This document shows, piece after piece, positions 1 to 14,804 of a DNA stretch of 64,000 nucleotides (within the stretch, counting starts at the first letter, position 1; the number at the start of each line of letters is the position of its first letter). The position numbers and the translations under genes are program-made. The stretch covers positions 29,450,001 to 29,514,000 of the forward strand of contig OX597831.1 in the NCBI GenBank assembly GCA_951406725.2, read 5' to 3'. This DNA is from Octopus vulgaris (taxonomy: Eukaryota). The notes under the pieces are model-generated. The model was not told where the DNA came from. It worked only from the letters and a program-made list of their open reading frames with translations, and searched no databases.

Positions 1-43
<43 letters not shown>

Positions 44-59
44 ATATATATGTGTGTGT

Positions 60-196
60 ATATTTTTGTGTGTCTGTATTTGTCCCCAACATCGCTTCAC
101 AACCGATGCTGGTGTGTTTACGTCCCCATAACCTAGCGGTTCGACAAAAGAGGCGGATAGAATAAGTTATAGGCTTACAAAAGAATAAGTTCTGTA
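60..196 (+). mobile_element. SINE family A, 3' half
   Basis: Matches the 3' half of full copies (catcgcttgacaaccgatgctggtgtgtttacgtcccc...aagaataag). Confidence 0.85.
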
Positions 197-336
197 TATA
201 AGTATGTATGTCTTTGAATTTTATTCACTCCTTCTTAAGAGACTTCTTGCTGGTCGCCAACAAAGCGAGAAGAATTTTCGAGTTAAGAGGTTTCCCGGTA
301 TTTCTAAATATGCGGTTGAATCGGTGTGTCTGTCTG

Positions 337-462
<126 letters not shown>

Positions 463-485
463 ACTGTCTGCCTATATATATACAT

Positions 486-517
<32 letters not shown>

Positions 518-602
518 GTGCAAATTTATTTGTATGTGAGTGTAGATGTATGAGTGTATGTATGTATGTATGTGTGCGTGCATGTGTCTGGGTGTGTGTG
601 CG

Positions 603-890
603 CGCGCTTGCGTGGCCTTCCTGGCTAAGGTGTTCTACACACAATAGTAAGATCGAGGTTTCGATTCCTGGACCGGACAATATGTTGTGTCCAAGAGTAA
701 AACACTTCATTCAACGTCACTACAGTCCACTTAGCTGTAATATGACCAACCCTGTGAAGGACTGGCAGTCTGTTCAATTACAATATTCGCCTGTTCGCCT
801 AGCTAATTGAGTGACATCATTCGAAAACTACATCAATGCAAGGAAGCGCATGGTGACCAGCGGTGTATAACAACATTCGAATTTGACCTT
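603..890 (+). mobile_element. tRNA-headed SINE (decayed); D-type head and body with a tail like family C
   Basis: B-box-like ggtttcgattcc. Body resembles 25235-25476 and tail resembles the reverse complement of 19785-19880. Confidence 0.6.
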
Positions 891-1127
891 CTTGTCGATA
901 TAATGATACAATTATATATAGATACATACATATATACATACATATATACATACACATTGTGTATTAATTAACCCATTCAGTAGAGAGAGAGAGAGTTAGC
1001 CCACCCATACAGTTGAGCTAAATGATAACTATGTCGTTGCTATTCATAATCATGTCGTTGCTAGTGCGTCTGTAGTTAATACGTCAGTAGGGAAAACTTG
1101 CCAGATGAGACACTTTTCGAGTGGTTT

Positions 1128-1165
<38 letters not shown>

Positions 1166-1260
1166 GCACACATACACACACACATGCGCGCGCACGGCAT
1201 ACACACACACATACACACACACACACAGAAAGAGAGAGAGAAAAGACGATATAGTTAGAC

Positions 1261-1334
<74 letters not shown>

Positions 1335-1471
1335 GCTTGTATTTACGTACTTAAAAAAAATTAAATAGATATTTATATAGATATATAGACATAAGCGGAC
1401 ATACGTATACATGTACACACATATGCGCATGTATCGACTTATCAGCCTTCCTACTTCTCTATTTATTCATC

Positions 1472-1502
<31 letters not shown>

Positions 1503-2258
1503 CAGTACACACACACACACACTCACACACACACACACACACACACACTATATATATTTATATATATATACACACAATACACACATATATAAGTATATTA
1601 TGGAAATGACTCAACATGTATGTATGTATATATGTATATCTATCTATCTATCTATATATATATGTCTGTAGGTGTGCGTATGTATGCACATACACATGAA
1701 TTGGCGAGTTTATGTTTGTGTATATATATATGTGAGTGTTTATGTTGATGTCTGTGTCACCGGATAAACTGTTTTTTAAATGACAGTAAAAACAACATTT
1801 AAACAACATCCAAGTAGAAATAATGGCGCCCAACCCAAGTCAGGCATGTATAGAAATTAGGCAAAAATATGTATTTTATATAAATATGGCTATACATACA
1901 TTTATACACACACACACACATACATACACATACATACAAACACGCACACACACATTATAAGCGTGTGTGTAAGTGTGAATAAATGTGTAGATAAACAAGC
2001 GAAGAGACCTACTATACGTAAAAAGTTACTGAGGTGAGAGAGAATGTTGCTAGTTTATGAGATTTGGAAGGGTGAGAAGGCCAGGTTCAATTTTAGAGAA
2101 TATTATGTAGAACTGGCCGACACACAATTATTTTTTGAAGTAGAGGGGAAAGAAGAGGGGGTGGGGGTATATAAGGGTATCCTTTCGAATTTCGTAGTCT
2201 CTGTAGCTGCCTCTGGGGAGTATGAAAAACTTGTTGCGTAGTTAATTATAGATGTATG

Positions 2259-2337
<79 letters not shown>

Positions 2338-2393
2338 TTGCCTGTGTGTACGTAAGTAGGTATATCTGTCTGTCTGTCTGTCTATCTATTTAA

Positions 2394-2435
<42 letters not shown>

Positions 2436-2448
2436 GTGTGTATGTGTC

Positions 2449-2488
<40 letters not shown>

Positions 2489-2649
2489 AACATATATATA
2501 TGCATACATATATACACATACATATATATATGTATACACACATACATACATATATATATATATGTTTATATATACATATGTATGTATCAATACTATCAAT
2601 ATCTCATATTTAATATATGTGAGTTATATATACACACACACATACATAC

Positions 2650-2704
<55 letters not shown>

Positions 2705-3342
2705 CATGTATCAACACTATTAATGTCTCATACTTAATATTTATGAGTTGTTAAACGCTAATAGCCGCGGTATTTCGTCTGAGCGAGGCCTTTTTAAAAA
2801 CGTAGACTGTTAAAAAAAAATACAGTATATTTCAAATTTAAGCAGACGAAATCGCCTCGGAAATGAACGAGAATGTCAGATCGATATTTCGAAGTCTTTT
2901 CCACTCATCGTTGTCCTACTCTCGAACAGCTACCGAAACGAATCCGCAACAGCCATCTAAAAATATGTACAAATGGCTGGTGTATCAAAAAGCTGCACAA
3001 ATAGAACAAAATTGAAATTGTGCGTAACAACAGCTCAATAATATAAATATCATTGGTGTCTCAATCGAAGGTATGTATGTTATTGGTGAGATCTACATTA
3101 CTGAGCTACTTTTAATACAAATTTAAATTTTGTTCTCCTTGTGAGGCGCTTTTTCACATCAGCAAATATATTTTACATCGTTTGTATATGCTTCTGGTTG
3201 GCAGCCCATACGACTTTAAACGAGCCTCCCTTAAAAGAACCGCCTCTGCGTAACATACATCAAATGCGTGATGTAATTATGTATGTATGTATTATGTATG
3301 TATGTATTATGTAGGTATCTATATATAAAGTGTTTTTAATAT

Positions 3343-3742
3343 ACTCTTTTTTCTCTTTTACTCTTTTACTTGTTTCAGTCATTTGACTGCGGTCATGCTG
3401 GAGCACCGCCTTTAGTCGAGCAAATTCTTTTGGAAGCCTAGTACGTATTCTATCGGTCTCTTTTGCCGAACCGCTAAGTTACAGGGACGTAAGCACACCA
3501 GCACCGGTTGTCAAGCGATGTTGGGGAGGGCAAACGCAGACACACAAACACACACACACATATATATATACATATATACGATGGGCTTCTTTCTGTTTCC
3601 GTCTACCAAATCCACTCACAAGAGTTTGGTCGGCCCGAGGCTTTAGTAGAAGACATTTGCCCAAGGTTACCACGCAGTAGGACTGAACCCGGAACCATGT
3701 GGTTGGTAAGCAAGCTACTTACCACACAGCCACTCCTGCGCC
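3343..3742 (-). mobile_element. SINE family A, full length
   Basis: Reverse complement of ggcgcaggagtggctgtgtggtaag (A box), ggttccgggttcagtcc (B box), internal TA/TG tract and (gtaaaaga)n tail. Confidence 0.9.
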
Positions 3743-4107
3743 TGTGCACACTGCACTGCTCTTGCGCTTATATATTTATTTTTAGTAATTTTTGTTCACT
3801 TCGAAACTCAGTAACGGTTCAAGAGCATACCAGTCGCAACCACCTCAATGGAATTATTAAAACTTAATATTACACATGCAGTTTGCAGTTGCCAGCCGAA
3901 GATCATGGTAATATTTATACAACTAATGAAATTGTCATCGCCGCAAATAAAGAATACTTAGTCAACGTGTTAACCTTTACATAATGCTTAGTCTAGTGAT
4001 GATGATTTTATAATTCTTGCTTATATTCTTGTCATCTTTTCCAACTTTTGTGCGTGCGAATGTATGGGTAAATGTGTGTGTGTGTGTGTTTATGCATAGG
4101 TATGTAC

Positions 4108-4253
<146 letters not shown>

Positions 4254-4387
4254 TGTGTATAGTTTTGAATGACTGCCTGGGCAATATTAAGTGATGCTGT
4301 TAATATATGTAATACGGCGAAAAAAGTGAGACTAACATATGGTAATGTCCGCCATCTCTTATTCAGAGGCAAAGATATGAAAGAGCG

Positions 4388-4447
<60 letters not shown>

Positions 4448-4633
4448 AGAGAGAGAAACAGAGAAAGAGACAGACAGACAGACAGGCATAGAAACAGAGA
4501 GATGTATATAGTGAAAAAGAGGAAGACTATTTGCTTAGATTAACAGATTTCATGAATCAACATTAAGTTTATTTCCTTAATACTTTTTACAAACACAAAC
4601 GTTTCGTATTTTTGAGTTTGTAATTTTCTACGT

Positions 4634-4687
<54 letters not shown>

Positions 4688-4756
4688 CATATATGTGTGT
4701 GAGTGATTAAGTGAGTGAGTGTGTGTGTGTGTGTATGTGTGTCTATCTATATACAG

Positions 4757-4812
<56 letters not shown>

Positions 4813-4931
4813 CTACATATACATATACATATATATATACATGTATGTAAATATATATACATGTATGTATATATATATATATATGTGTGTGTGTATATAT
4901 ATACATGTATGTATGTGTATATATATATATG

Positions 4932-4970
<39 letters not shown>

Positions 4971-5644
4971 GCATGTATTCATGTATAATTTTATGTATGT
5001 ACACATATATATATGTATGTATGTATGTATGTATTTATATATTTGTATGCATGTATGCATGTATGTATGAATATATATAAATATACGTATTAATGGTCTT
5101 TGTTTTCATATATGCAGTATTTTGATAGAATTATGTTCGCTCAGTGAATTTCACAGTGACGGATTTCATATTAATTCCTATTTTTCATTCTTTGGTAATT
5201 ATTCAGTAAAATGCTGGAAACTAGTTCACAGGACAAAGTAATAACAACGCTCTGGATGTGTGTGTGTGGGGGGGCGGTCGGGCGGGGGTGTACTTTAACA
5301 TGACTATATACATAGATGTATATGTGTGTATTTGTATATGTACTCACTATACCCGGATATATACATAAGGATATGTCCATATTCATATACACATATATGT
5401 TTATATATATAAATACACACACGCACGCACACACGCACACACTCACAGACATACAGACGCAAATTTTTTTATTGAAACCGAAAAAATCTTCCCAAATTCT
5501 TATTCTGTTTCACGTTTCCCTTCGTCAGGCAATTCTGATCCTTTGTTATTTGGGTTCAATTTTTCGTACCTTGTTTATCATTTATGCGCGTGCATGTGTG
5601 TATGTATGTATGTATGTATGTATGTATGTATGTATGTATGTATG

Positions 5645-6553
5645 TCATTGTTCAGTTTTATTTCAAGATTTCTTGCCAATAGAAAAAGAACCGGTTTCTA
5701 ACCTAGATCCAAGGCTCCTTCATTGAAATTTCATCATCAACACCAATGTATTTTTGTTTGTTTGCGATACTGTATTCTATCAGTGATAATATAGTCACTC
5801 TTTGTGCTTAATTTTAAGATGGTGGCCCACGATGAAGTCAGGTCAGCGATGGCTTTGACTATTCTCACTAGAACTTTAGCAAGTTTAGGAGCTTCTAGCA
5901 TCCATGAGTGGGGAACAGAGTCAAAGGCTTTATTGTAGTCTAGCCACATCGAAACTAGGTTTGTACTATGCTCTCGCACCTCTGACATCACAGTTTTATT
6001 GACTAACAATTGCTCGGCACATCCCCAGGCTTCCTTCTTCCCAGCTGCTTGTTCTGCTGTGATAATGTTATTGGTTTCACAGTGGTTCTGGAGGAAGAGG
6101 TATAAACATGCTGTATATATCTTATACATTAAGTCCAGACATGCAATTGGTCGGTAGTTTTTTGCCATGTGGGTGGTTCTGCATTTGTGGATCAATTTTG
6201 TCTCTGCCAAAGCAAACCAGTGTGGTAAGCTACTGTTCCCAATGAGAGCTTGCTGGTGCAGATTGATAAGAAATGGTCGGTAGAATGTTAGCTACTTGTA
6301 CCAATATCCAACAAACAAGTCTCTTCCAGGTGCTTTTCCATCCTGGAGTTTCTGGATCACAGTTGCAAGAATTTCACCATCAATGTTGGATGTAACACAG
6401 GAGTAAAAAATTCTTCGGATTTCCTCCAGCAACAGAGCATCTTGGTTAAATTCCTTCTCTTCACTCCAGATTTTTCCTCTAGAAAGGAGGAAAATCTTGA
6501 GTGATATTTATTGCTCCTCCTCTCATGTCTCTGTATACTGCTGCCGGTATATA
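5645..6553 (-). mobile_element. R4/Dong-type non-LTR retrotransposon fragment (RT N-terminal part joined to 3' UTR)
   Basis: ORF 5737-6210 has NYRPIACL...EQAAG...WLDYNKAFDSVPHSW RT motifs. 3' UTR matches 37400-37503. Flanked on both sides by (TATG)n. Confidence 0.85.
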
Positions 6554-6647
6554 AGTATGTATGTATGTATGTATGTATGTATGTATGTATGTATGTATGT
6601 ATGTATGTATGTATGTATGTATGTATGTATGTATTCTTTTATTCTCT

Positions 6648-6791
6648 AGTTTTCGTCTACCAAATCCACTCACCAGGCTTTGGTCAGCCGGAGGGTATAG
6701 TAGAAGACACTTGCCCAAAGTGCCACGCAGTGAGACTGAACCTGGAATCATGTGGTTGGGAAGCAAGCTCCTTACCACAGAGCCACGCCTG
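6648..6791 (-). mobile_element. SINE family A, 5' half
   Basis: Similar to the head and body of full copies. Confidence 0.8.
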
Positions 6792-7812
6792 TATGTGTAT
6801 ATACATATATATATATATATATATATAAAGAGAGAGAGAGAGAGATTTACATACGTATGTGTATGTATGATATGTATTAGTATCTATCTATACATACAAC
6901 ACACACATGCACCCACACACACACACACACGCGCGCACACACATCGTATTTATCCACTGACCAATAAAATCCGGGTTTGCCGACATATTGTGGGTGAACT
7001 CTTCTGGATAGACGGATACATCCTTGTAAATGTATACCTCTGCGGAGGGGGGGGGGGGCGTGTATGTGTATGTATGCACATGTATGGGTGTGTAGCGCCT
7101 GGTTATATCTAAACTGTCTCTCCCTTTCCCTCCCTGTTGCTCTCATTTCCTCTTAATTTCCCTCTCTCTCTCTCTGCTTCTTTCTCTCTTCCTTACTCTC
7201 CACCTTTCTCTCCGCATCTCGCCCTCCCCTCTCTCTTCCCTTTTCTCTCGTCTCCCTTTTCTTCTGCCTCTCTCCCTCTGCCTCTCTCCCCCTGCCTCTC
7301 TCCCTCTCTCTCTCTCTCTCTTTCTTTCCCCTCTCTCTCTCTAACCTACCCTTTCTTTTTCTAACACAAAAATAATTTTCATTCCTTTTTTTCAAAGCAA
7401 ATTCATTTCTTTATTCCATCCCTGGTCTAAATGCGGCCCGCGGGAATTTCTGAATGGTACGGCTCACGAAAAATCATCACGAATACTTTTGTTCTTGTTT
7501 TCTTTCTTTAATATTGCTGCCGCCTTTATGAGTCATGTCTCATGCGGCCCGCAAACTCTCAAAGACATTGATTGCATCCGTTTGCTTTGTTACGGTGCTT
7601 GGTTGCAGTCTTTTGTTGTATTACCGTTTGTATTGTGTACTGTGTGTCTAATGTAAGGTGTGTTCTTTTGTTGGGTATCCGACATGTAGAGTACATGGTG
7701 AGGAAGTTGTTTATTTCATTGGATATTTACTGTATAGGGTGTGTCTTGCGTATGTGGATTGTTTTGAGTTGTACTATTGAATTACTCTTTTACTCTCTTG
7801 TTTCAGTCCTCT

Positions 7813-8631
7813 AAATAAGTCCTGGCTTTGACAATAATCCCGCAGCATTGCCACACATCACGAGGGTCATAAGATCCTTGTATGCTTTAAAGCCAGAGGT
7901 TTTGCTTCTTCTTTGAACAGGAAAGTTCACGACGGCATTCTTTTCCAAAACAAGCCCGTCTCGTTTATATTAAAAACTCGTTCGGGCTTATATCCACCTT
8001 CGGAGATAATCTTCTTGAAAGTTTCATTCACGTATGTTTTAGCAGCACTCGTGTCAGCAGAAGCAGCCTCGCCATGCAGGAAAACGCTTTATAGGTCGAA
8101 GCGTTTCTTAAACTTAACAAACTACCCGTTGCTAGCAGAAAAAGGACGTCTTTTAGGTTGTGAAACACTGGACGTCCCTGGTTGCGGATCTTCTACATCG
8201 TCTTCGTCTTCTTCCTCTTCTTCGTGGTCGCCACTGTTGTCCTCAGGTTCCTTAGCGGCGAAAGTCTAGTACATGCTCCTAGCCTTTGTTTGGATTATGT
8301 TCATATCCAAGGCTATGTTCTTCTTTCGGCAGTCGGCTATCTTTACTACCAAAGCAGCTTCCATACGGATGATAGTTTTATCACGAGCCGTAACCACTCT
8401 CTTCGCCGACTTATTAAAGGTGGTGGCAACCGTCTTCCTAATGTTAGCCTCGTCCTTCTTGATGTAGCGAACCGTGGATTCGTTCACGCTAAAATGGCGG
8501 GCTACGGCAGCGGAAGTTCTCCCTTCCTTCAACATATCCAGAAGTTTCACCTTCTCAGCGATCGTCAGCATTCTTCGTTTGCGCTTAGGCTCACTACCAG
8601 CCATGGAAGAAGCAGCACGCTTGGGAGCCAT
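7813..8631 (-). pseudogene. Tigger transposase pseudogene
   Basis: In-frame stop at 8266 and further stops downstream. Confidence 0.8.
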
Positions 8632-9059
8632 TGCAGGGGAATAAAACACAAATTTCAACGCAAAGAAACAAAAAAATCACACACAGCACAGCGTAAAGTA
8701 GTACAGTAAACCACTCGGCGAGAAAGCTTCAAGCGAAATGGCCGCGAGAGAGAGACAAGGGGAGATGCTGCGGATCGGTCAAAGCACCAATCACAGGCCA
8801 GATTGCAAAATAGAAAGCTGTGATTCGTCGTCTCTCTCCATTGCACCAAACACAGCCCGTCTTTAGTTCAAATACCACTGTATATGCTTTATTGCTGTTT
8901 TACGCTTGTTTTGTTGTTCCTAGACTAGGAAATAATATTCATTATTAATATTTTAATGGATTTAATGAAAAATTTTAGGTGTTCATATATATATATTTTA
9001 AAAATCCACGAAGTCATGAATCTGCAACAGTTGAACCGCGAAGTAGCGAGGGATCACTG
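7813..9059 (-). mobile_element. Tigger/pogo-type DNA transposon relic, 3' truncated
   Basis: CENP-B-like HTH (KRKRRMLTIAEKVKLLDML...VNESTVRYIKK) continuing past stops into GEAASAD...VFNINETGLFWKRMP. Terminus CAGTGATCCCTCGCTACTTCGCGG followed by TA at 9060-9061. Confidence 0.85.
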
Positions 9060-9369
9060 TACAGATATGCTTGTCAGTTGTTTGATCTTAACCAATTGAG
9101 CATGCCCCTTGGTGGCTGACGATATATGCATCTCTGATCACGAGCAGAAGTAGTGGGGGAGCATCATAGCCATGTGTTGAGAGGAATTCCTTGAGGGTTT
9201 GAATAATTCACCTCTGGAAACATGGATGTTTCGTTCATCATCTTTAAACAAACTTTATTCAGGGACCCTTAGAGCGGGTTGGGCTACTCAACCTGAAGAA
9301 AATTCTAACTTGGCCTCACATGCAAAGTCATGCGCTGTTTATCTTGATATAAGATCACCATGTTACGCA

Positions 9370-9445
<76 letters not shown>

Positions 9446-9447
<2 letters not shown>

Positions 9448-9817
9448 CGATGTATCAACACCAACAGATGACAATGTTTCTCTAAAAGAAACGGAAACAC
9501 TTTCAAAATACAAAGATTTGGAAATAGAGGTAACTCGAATGTGTAGTCTAAAGACAGAAATAATTCCTATCATAATAAGGCGCATTAGGTATGATAAAAA
9601 AATATATTCAAACAAATACATAACAAAGGCATCAGAACTTACAAGTATATACAATATACAGAAAATAGCACTACTAGGCACCGCACACTTCCTTCGTAAA
9701 ACACTTTCAATATAGTGAAAATAAGAGCACCACAACAAACCACAGCACATAACCATTGCACACAGAGCTGCGCTCGGTAGTGCAGTGAAAGCACGTGATG
9801 AAAATAAGTCTACTGCG
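9446..9817 (+). mobile_element. 5'-truncated R4/Dong LINE 3' end (restriction-like endonuclease C-terminus plus 3' UTR)
   Basis: IDVS-P-D-N...KYKDLEIE...IQKIALLGTAH-LRKTL*. Embedded between (TAA)n tracts 9370-9446 and 9818-9972. Confidence 0.85.
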
Positions 9818-9852
9818 TAATAATAATAATAGTAGTAGTAGTAGTAGTAGTA

Positions 9853-10001
<149 letters not shown>

Positions 10002-10520
10002 AAGAAGAATTTAGATAAAATTGAGTACTTGAAAAGATATGTACCATGTAGGGTTGAATAAACCTGTGGTCGCCGCCTATGGTTGATAAATATCAAATAG
10101 GATATTCAGGTTGTGTACACAGAGAAAACCAGCCCAATGATTATTTAGAGCCTAGGGGCTTCTTCAAAGTACACGCACCGCTGTTGTTTGTACGTCGTTT
10201 GTATACTCCTGGTTGTCCGACGTGTCGTAAATCCCTCTGGCGTATTGTAATCAAATAAATATAATAACAGCCGATGGATAATCGTCAGCTCATTACATCT
10301 GTTTCTTACGCATTTTTTAAATAGAAGAATGAGAACATTGCTTATTGCAAAAAACCATAATCATCAGATGAAACGTAATTTTACAAACAAGAAAATACAG
10401 GGTGTCCGTAAAGTCTCTTTACAATTTAAAAATTTTGTTAGAAAGGCAGTTGACAAAATATCTTAACCAGATTTGTTTTATTGTAATAATTGTTTATTAT
10501 AGTTTTTTTTAACAGTTATA

Positions 10521-10940
10521 GGCGCAGGAGTGGCTGTATGGTAAGTAGCTTGTTTACCAACCACATGGTTCCGAGTTCAGTCCCACTGCGTGGCACCTTG
10601 GACAAGTGTCTTCTACTATAGCCTCGGGCCGACCAAAGCCTTGTGAGTGGATTTTGTAGATGGAAACTGAAAGAAGCCCGTCGTATATATGTATATATAT
10701 ATATATATATGCGTGTGTGTGTTTGTGTGTCTGTGTTTGTCCCCTAGCATTGCTTGACAGCCGATGCTGGTGTCTTTATGTCTCCGTTACTTAGCGGTTC
10801 GGCAAAAGAGATCGATAGAATAAGTACTGGGCTTACAAAAGAATAAGTCCCGAGGTCGAGTGGCTCGATTAAAGGTGGTGCTCCAGCATGGCCGCAGTCA
10901 AATGACTGAAACAAGTAAAAGAATAAAAGAGTAAAAGAGT
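10521..10940 (+). mobile_element. SINE family A, full length, inserted in the DD41D element
   Basis: Full head-to-tail match to the other copies. Confidence 0.9.
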
Positions 10941-10943
10941 TAT

Positions 10944-11518
10944 TTAATAGACCTCAATGTGGGCACAATTAGTTACGCGAAGCACATCAAGACGGTACTC
11001 GATTTCTTGCCATGTTCGCTGTAGGATAGCCTCATCAACGGTGGCAATGGCATTACGAATCCTTTGCTTCAAGTCAGCAATGTCTCGTACCTTTGTTTGA
11101 TACACGATATCTTTTACATAACCCCATAAAAAGAAATCCAAGGGAGTGATATCTGGCGAATGCGGTGGCCATGGAATTGGCCCATTCCTTCTAATCCATC
11201 AGTCTGGAAATGTTTGATTGAGGAACTGACGAACATGCCGTCCCCAATGCTGTGGTGCACCATCTTGCTGGAAAATGATGATTGGTTGTAGATCAATCAG
11301 TTGTGGTGCCACATATTCGGTCAGAAGGTCGAAGTAAACATCTGCAGTAATTGTTGCTTCGTTGAAGAAAAATGGACCAATTATTCGATTGCACATGATT
11401 CCACACCACACATGCACGAATTGAAGGACTTTGTTCTGTAGTTTCGTTGAGTCTGAACATCCGATTTTGTCTCAATAAACCAGGATACACATTGTGCCTT
11501 TTCATGAGGAGTAGCCAT
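10944..11518 (-). pseudogene. DD41D transposase pseudogene
   Basis: Starts MATPHEKAQCVSWF, then a large internal deletion, and a TGA (probably from CGA) after FPD. Confidence 0.8.
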
Positions 11519-12120
11519 TTTATAGGGGTTCAGTGAATCAGTTCCCTTCCATCAACAGAGTATCTGAAACCCAAAAATTTTGTATCAATAAAAACTTTAA
11601 TAAACAATTATTAAAATAAAACAAATCTGGTTAAAATATCTTATCAACTACCTTTGTAATATTTTTTTTAATTGTAAAGAGACTTTATGGACACCCTGTA
11701 CTTCAAGAATACAGCAAGGACATGGCTGAAGTCTGTTGAGGCTTACCATGAAATGGCGGGATGACCAACAAAATTTGCTGTTGTGGGCGTTAAGGGGTGG
11801 CTTATTAATTGGCCTACAACGGACGATGAACCCTCACACCCAGTTTGTTCTCTCCCTGCCTTTTCTCTTTCTACGTCACTTTCATTTGTCCAAGCTGATA
11901 CACTTCATTGTAAAGAAATATGCAACAGTTAATTACTTCTGTTTACGTTCTGAGTTCAATCCCAGCTGAGGTCACGCTTCTACTTTATTTGTCTAAAATA
12001 AAGTAGCAGAGATATGTTGAGGAAGAGCTATTCTGCAACATTGTAAATTGTGCTCCTCGTTAAAATTTTTATTAAAACTTCTTTTCCTCCTCCCTCTCTC
12101 TCCCTCCCTCTCTTTCGCTC

Positions 12121-12195
<75 letters not shown>

Positions 12196-12306
12196 GTGTC
12201 TATCTGTTTGTCTATCTGTCTCTCTGTCTGACTGTCTTTCTATCTGTCGGTCTGTCTGTCTATCTGTCTATCCATCTATCTGTCTGTTTATCTCTTACTC
12301 TCTGTC

Positions 12307-12365
<59 letters not shown>

Positions 12366-12636
12366 GTATAACTGTCTCTGTTACTCTCTATCTATTTCTC
12401 TCTGCTTCTATTTCTGTCTTTGTCTTCCTTCCTTCCTTCATTTGTTTCTTTCTTTCTTTCTTTCTCTTTCTCTCTATCATTCTCCCTCCCTCTCTCTCCT
12501 CCTTTCTCTTATTCTCTGTTCCGCGCCACCCATCTCTATTTTTTGCATTTAGGTCTAAATTTCGTTTAAACGTAATCGATTATTATTTCATTGTTGTTGA
12601 GTTAGAAATGTTATTTCCCGTAAATAGTCTCACAGG

Positions 12637-12637
<1 letters not shown>

Positions 12638-12673
<36 letters not shown>

Positions 12674-12882
12674 ATCATCATCTTCATCATCATCAACAAC
12701 AACAGTAGCAATAAGCGCACAGCTTCGTCAGCCAATCGGCGAGGGGCGGAGCCCCTATTATCTATTATTGATGTGTTTGTTGATGTAGCTATTGCTACTG
12801 TTGAATATTTTCTTTCTCATCATATTTATCATCTCACAACAACAACAACAAAAACCACCACCACCACCACTACTACTACTAT

Positions 12883-12913
<31 letters not shown>

Positions 12914-14045
12914 GGTATAAATTTATCACAGTGGATTGTTAATCAGCAGAATGGATGCTAAAGGTGGTGGTGGTCATGGTAGACTTGGATGTGGCAGTAA
13001 TTAGTGGTGCTGGAGATGATGGAGATGGTGTTGGTGTGTGGTGCTTGTGGTTGTGATGGGCGGTGGATGTGAAGCTTGTTGTAATGATGTAGCAGCTAAC
13101 GGTGGTGACGGAGGCAGGAGGCGAACTCGTGACCATGTTTATTAGGGTCATCCTTGTTATTTCGCTGATGGATTCGCCGTCACGTAACGCGGGCAGATTC
13201 CCCTCTCCCTACCGTCACCGCCGCCGCCACCGCCGCTGCCGCTGCCGCTGCTCCTACCACTACCAAAACTACCACCACCACCACTACCACCACCACCATC
13301 ACCACCACTACCATCACCACCACTATCACTCCCAACACAACTACAACCATCACAGCATCCCCCTCCACTCCGCTATTCCGTCGTCACGACGCCACCGATA
13401 CCATCATTTCACATCCGGGTCTCTAATATTTTGAGTCATTAATTTGTGGGGATGAGTCAGATTTTAATCAACAACAAGAACAACACGAACTCCAACGATA
13501 CCGACAACAACAGTAATAGTATCAATTTTGATCAGCATCATCATCGTCATCATCATCATCATTAGCATCATCATCATCATCATCGTCGTCGTCGTCGTCA
13601 TCATCAGCATCATCATCATCATTATCATCGTCGTAGTCGTCGTCATGGTCATCATTATCATCATCATCAGCAACATCATTATCATCATCATCGTCAGCAA
13701 CAACAACAGAAGCAATTTACACCAGCAACAACAGCTGTTGAAAGAACGACCATAACAACGAAAACGTACCTCCACCCTAACCACCAACTCCACCACCACC
13801 ATCTACATAACTATTACCTCCACCCTCTACCATCACTGAAACCGCTATCATCACCGTCACCATCACCACTACTATCTACACACCCACGACTACTACGACC
13901 ATGGCCACCACAACCAACACAACCCCCACAACCATCATCGCCAACAATAATACACCGTTACTATCAGCATCCTCATTCCATCAACTCCACCACCACCACC
14001 ACCACCACCACCACTACCACCAACCCTACCAGCACTATCATCACT
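12638..14045. repeat. Cluster of trinucleotide low-complexity tracts (AAC, ACT, ACC, ATC, GTC)
   Basis: Visible imperfect triplet runs. Confidence 0.85.
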
Positions 14046-14804
14046 GCTATGATCAAATCCCTACCAATAACGTGAAATAAGTACATGCTAAAAGCAGGAG
14101 CTACATCTCCCTCGAATTACACCTATCATAATGTCTGTAAAAATGGAAGGACGCATTGGATAATGGAGTCGTAGAAACCTCCAAAACTATCTGATGGTCA
14201 GGGCTGGAATTTTTGTGGTAACAGATACCCGTAACCAGAGTTCACCTAGTGTTAAATAAGAATAATAGTCACTATTATTGTGTAATTGTAAATAAACATA
14301 AGAAGTCAGAGATAATCTCAGCATGACGGCATGAGGCCAAGTTGTTCCTCATTAATTTTAAAGCAAACTATAGCAATGCAGGGTGAAAAACTGCGGTACT
14401 GTAATCGGAGTCTGGATATCTGTGCAGGTTTCCAGTGCTAGGGTGTTTGTGTATTCTAGTTTAACTGTGATGTCTTCGCTATTCTTTGAACTTTGCTGTC
14501 TTCAAAGACACTGAAACAACAAAAGATATTTTTAAAAAACAGTCTTATAATATATATCGAAATAGGGCTTCGAAACAAAATATACTACAAACAGCAATGA
14601 AATGTTATAAATATTTCACTGAAAGAAAGGAATAGAAGAGAGTTTAACTTTTAAGGTTGTGAACCTGAAGAAGAACTGCACCCCGAAGCGTTGATTTTTT
14701 CCACGCAATTTTATTACTGCGACGTTGAGAGATGAAACGGTTGTCAAATAATATTCCCGAATTTATTCCTTGTTTCTTATTTCCTACATTATTACTCTGC
14801 CTCA

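Larger units (their letters stand above)
10398..11698 (-). mobile_element. Tc1/mariner DD41D (rosa/Visitor-type) element, internally deleted
   Basis: About 110-bp TIRs (cagggtgtccgtaaagtctctttacaatt / aattgtaaagagactttatggacaccctg) with TA on both sides. FQQDGAP...SPDITPLDFFLWGYVKD has 41 residues between the two Asp. Confidence 0.9.

Noticed and set aside
7420-7555. hAT-like tgcggcccgc subterminal motifs
   Set aside because: No paired TIRs or 8-bp TSD identifiable.
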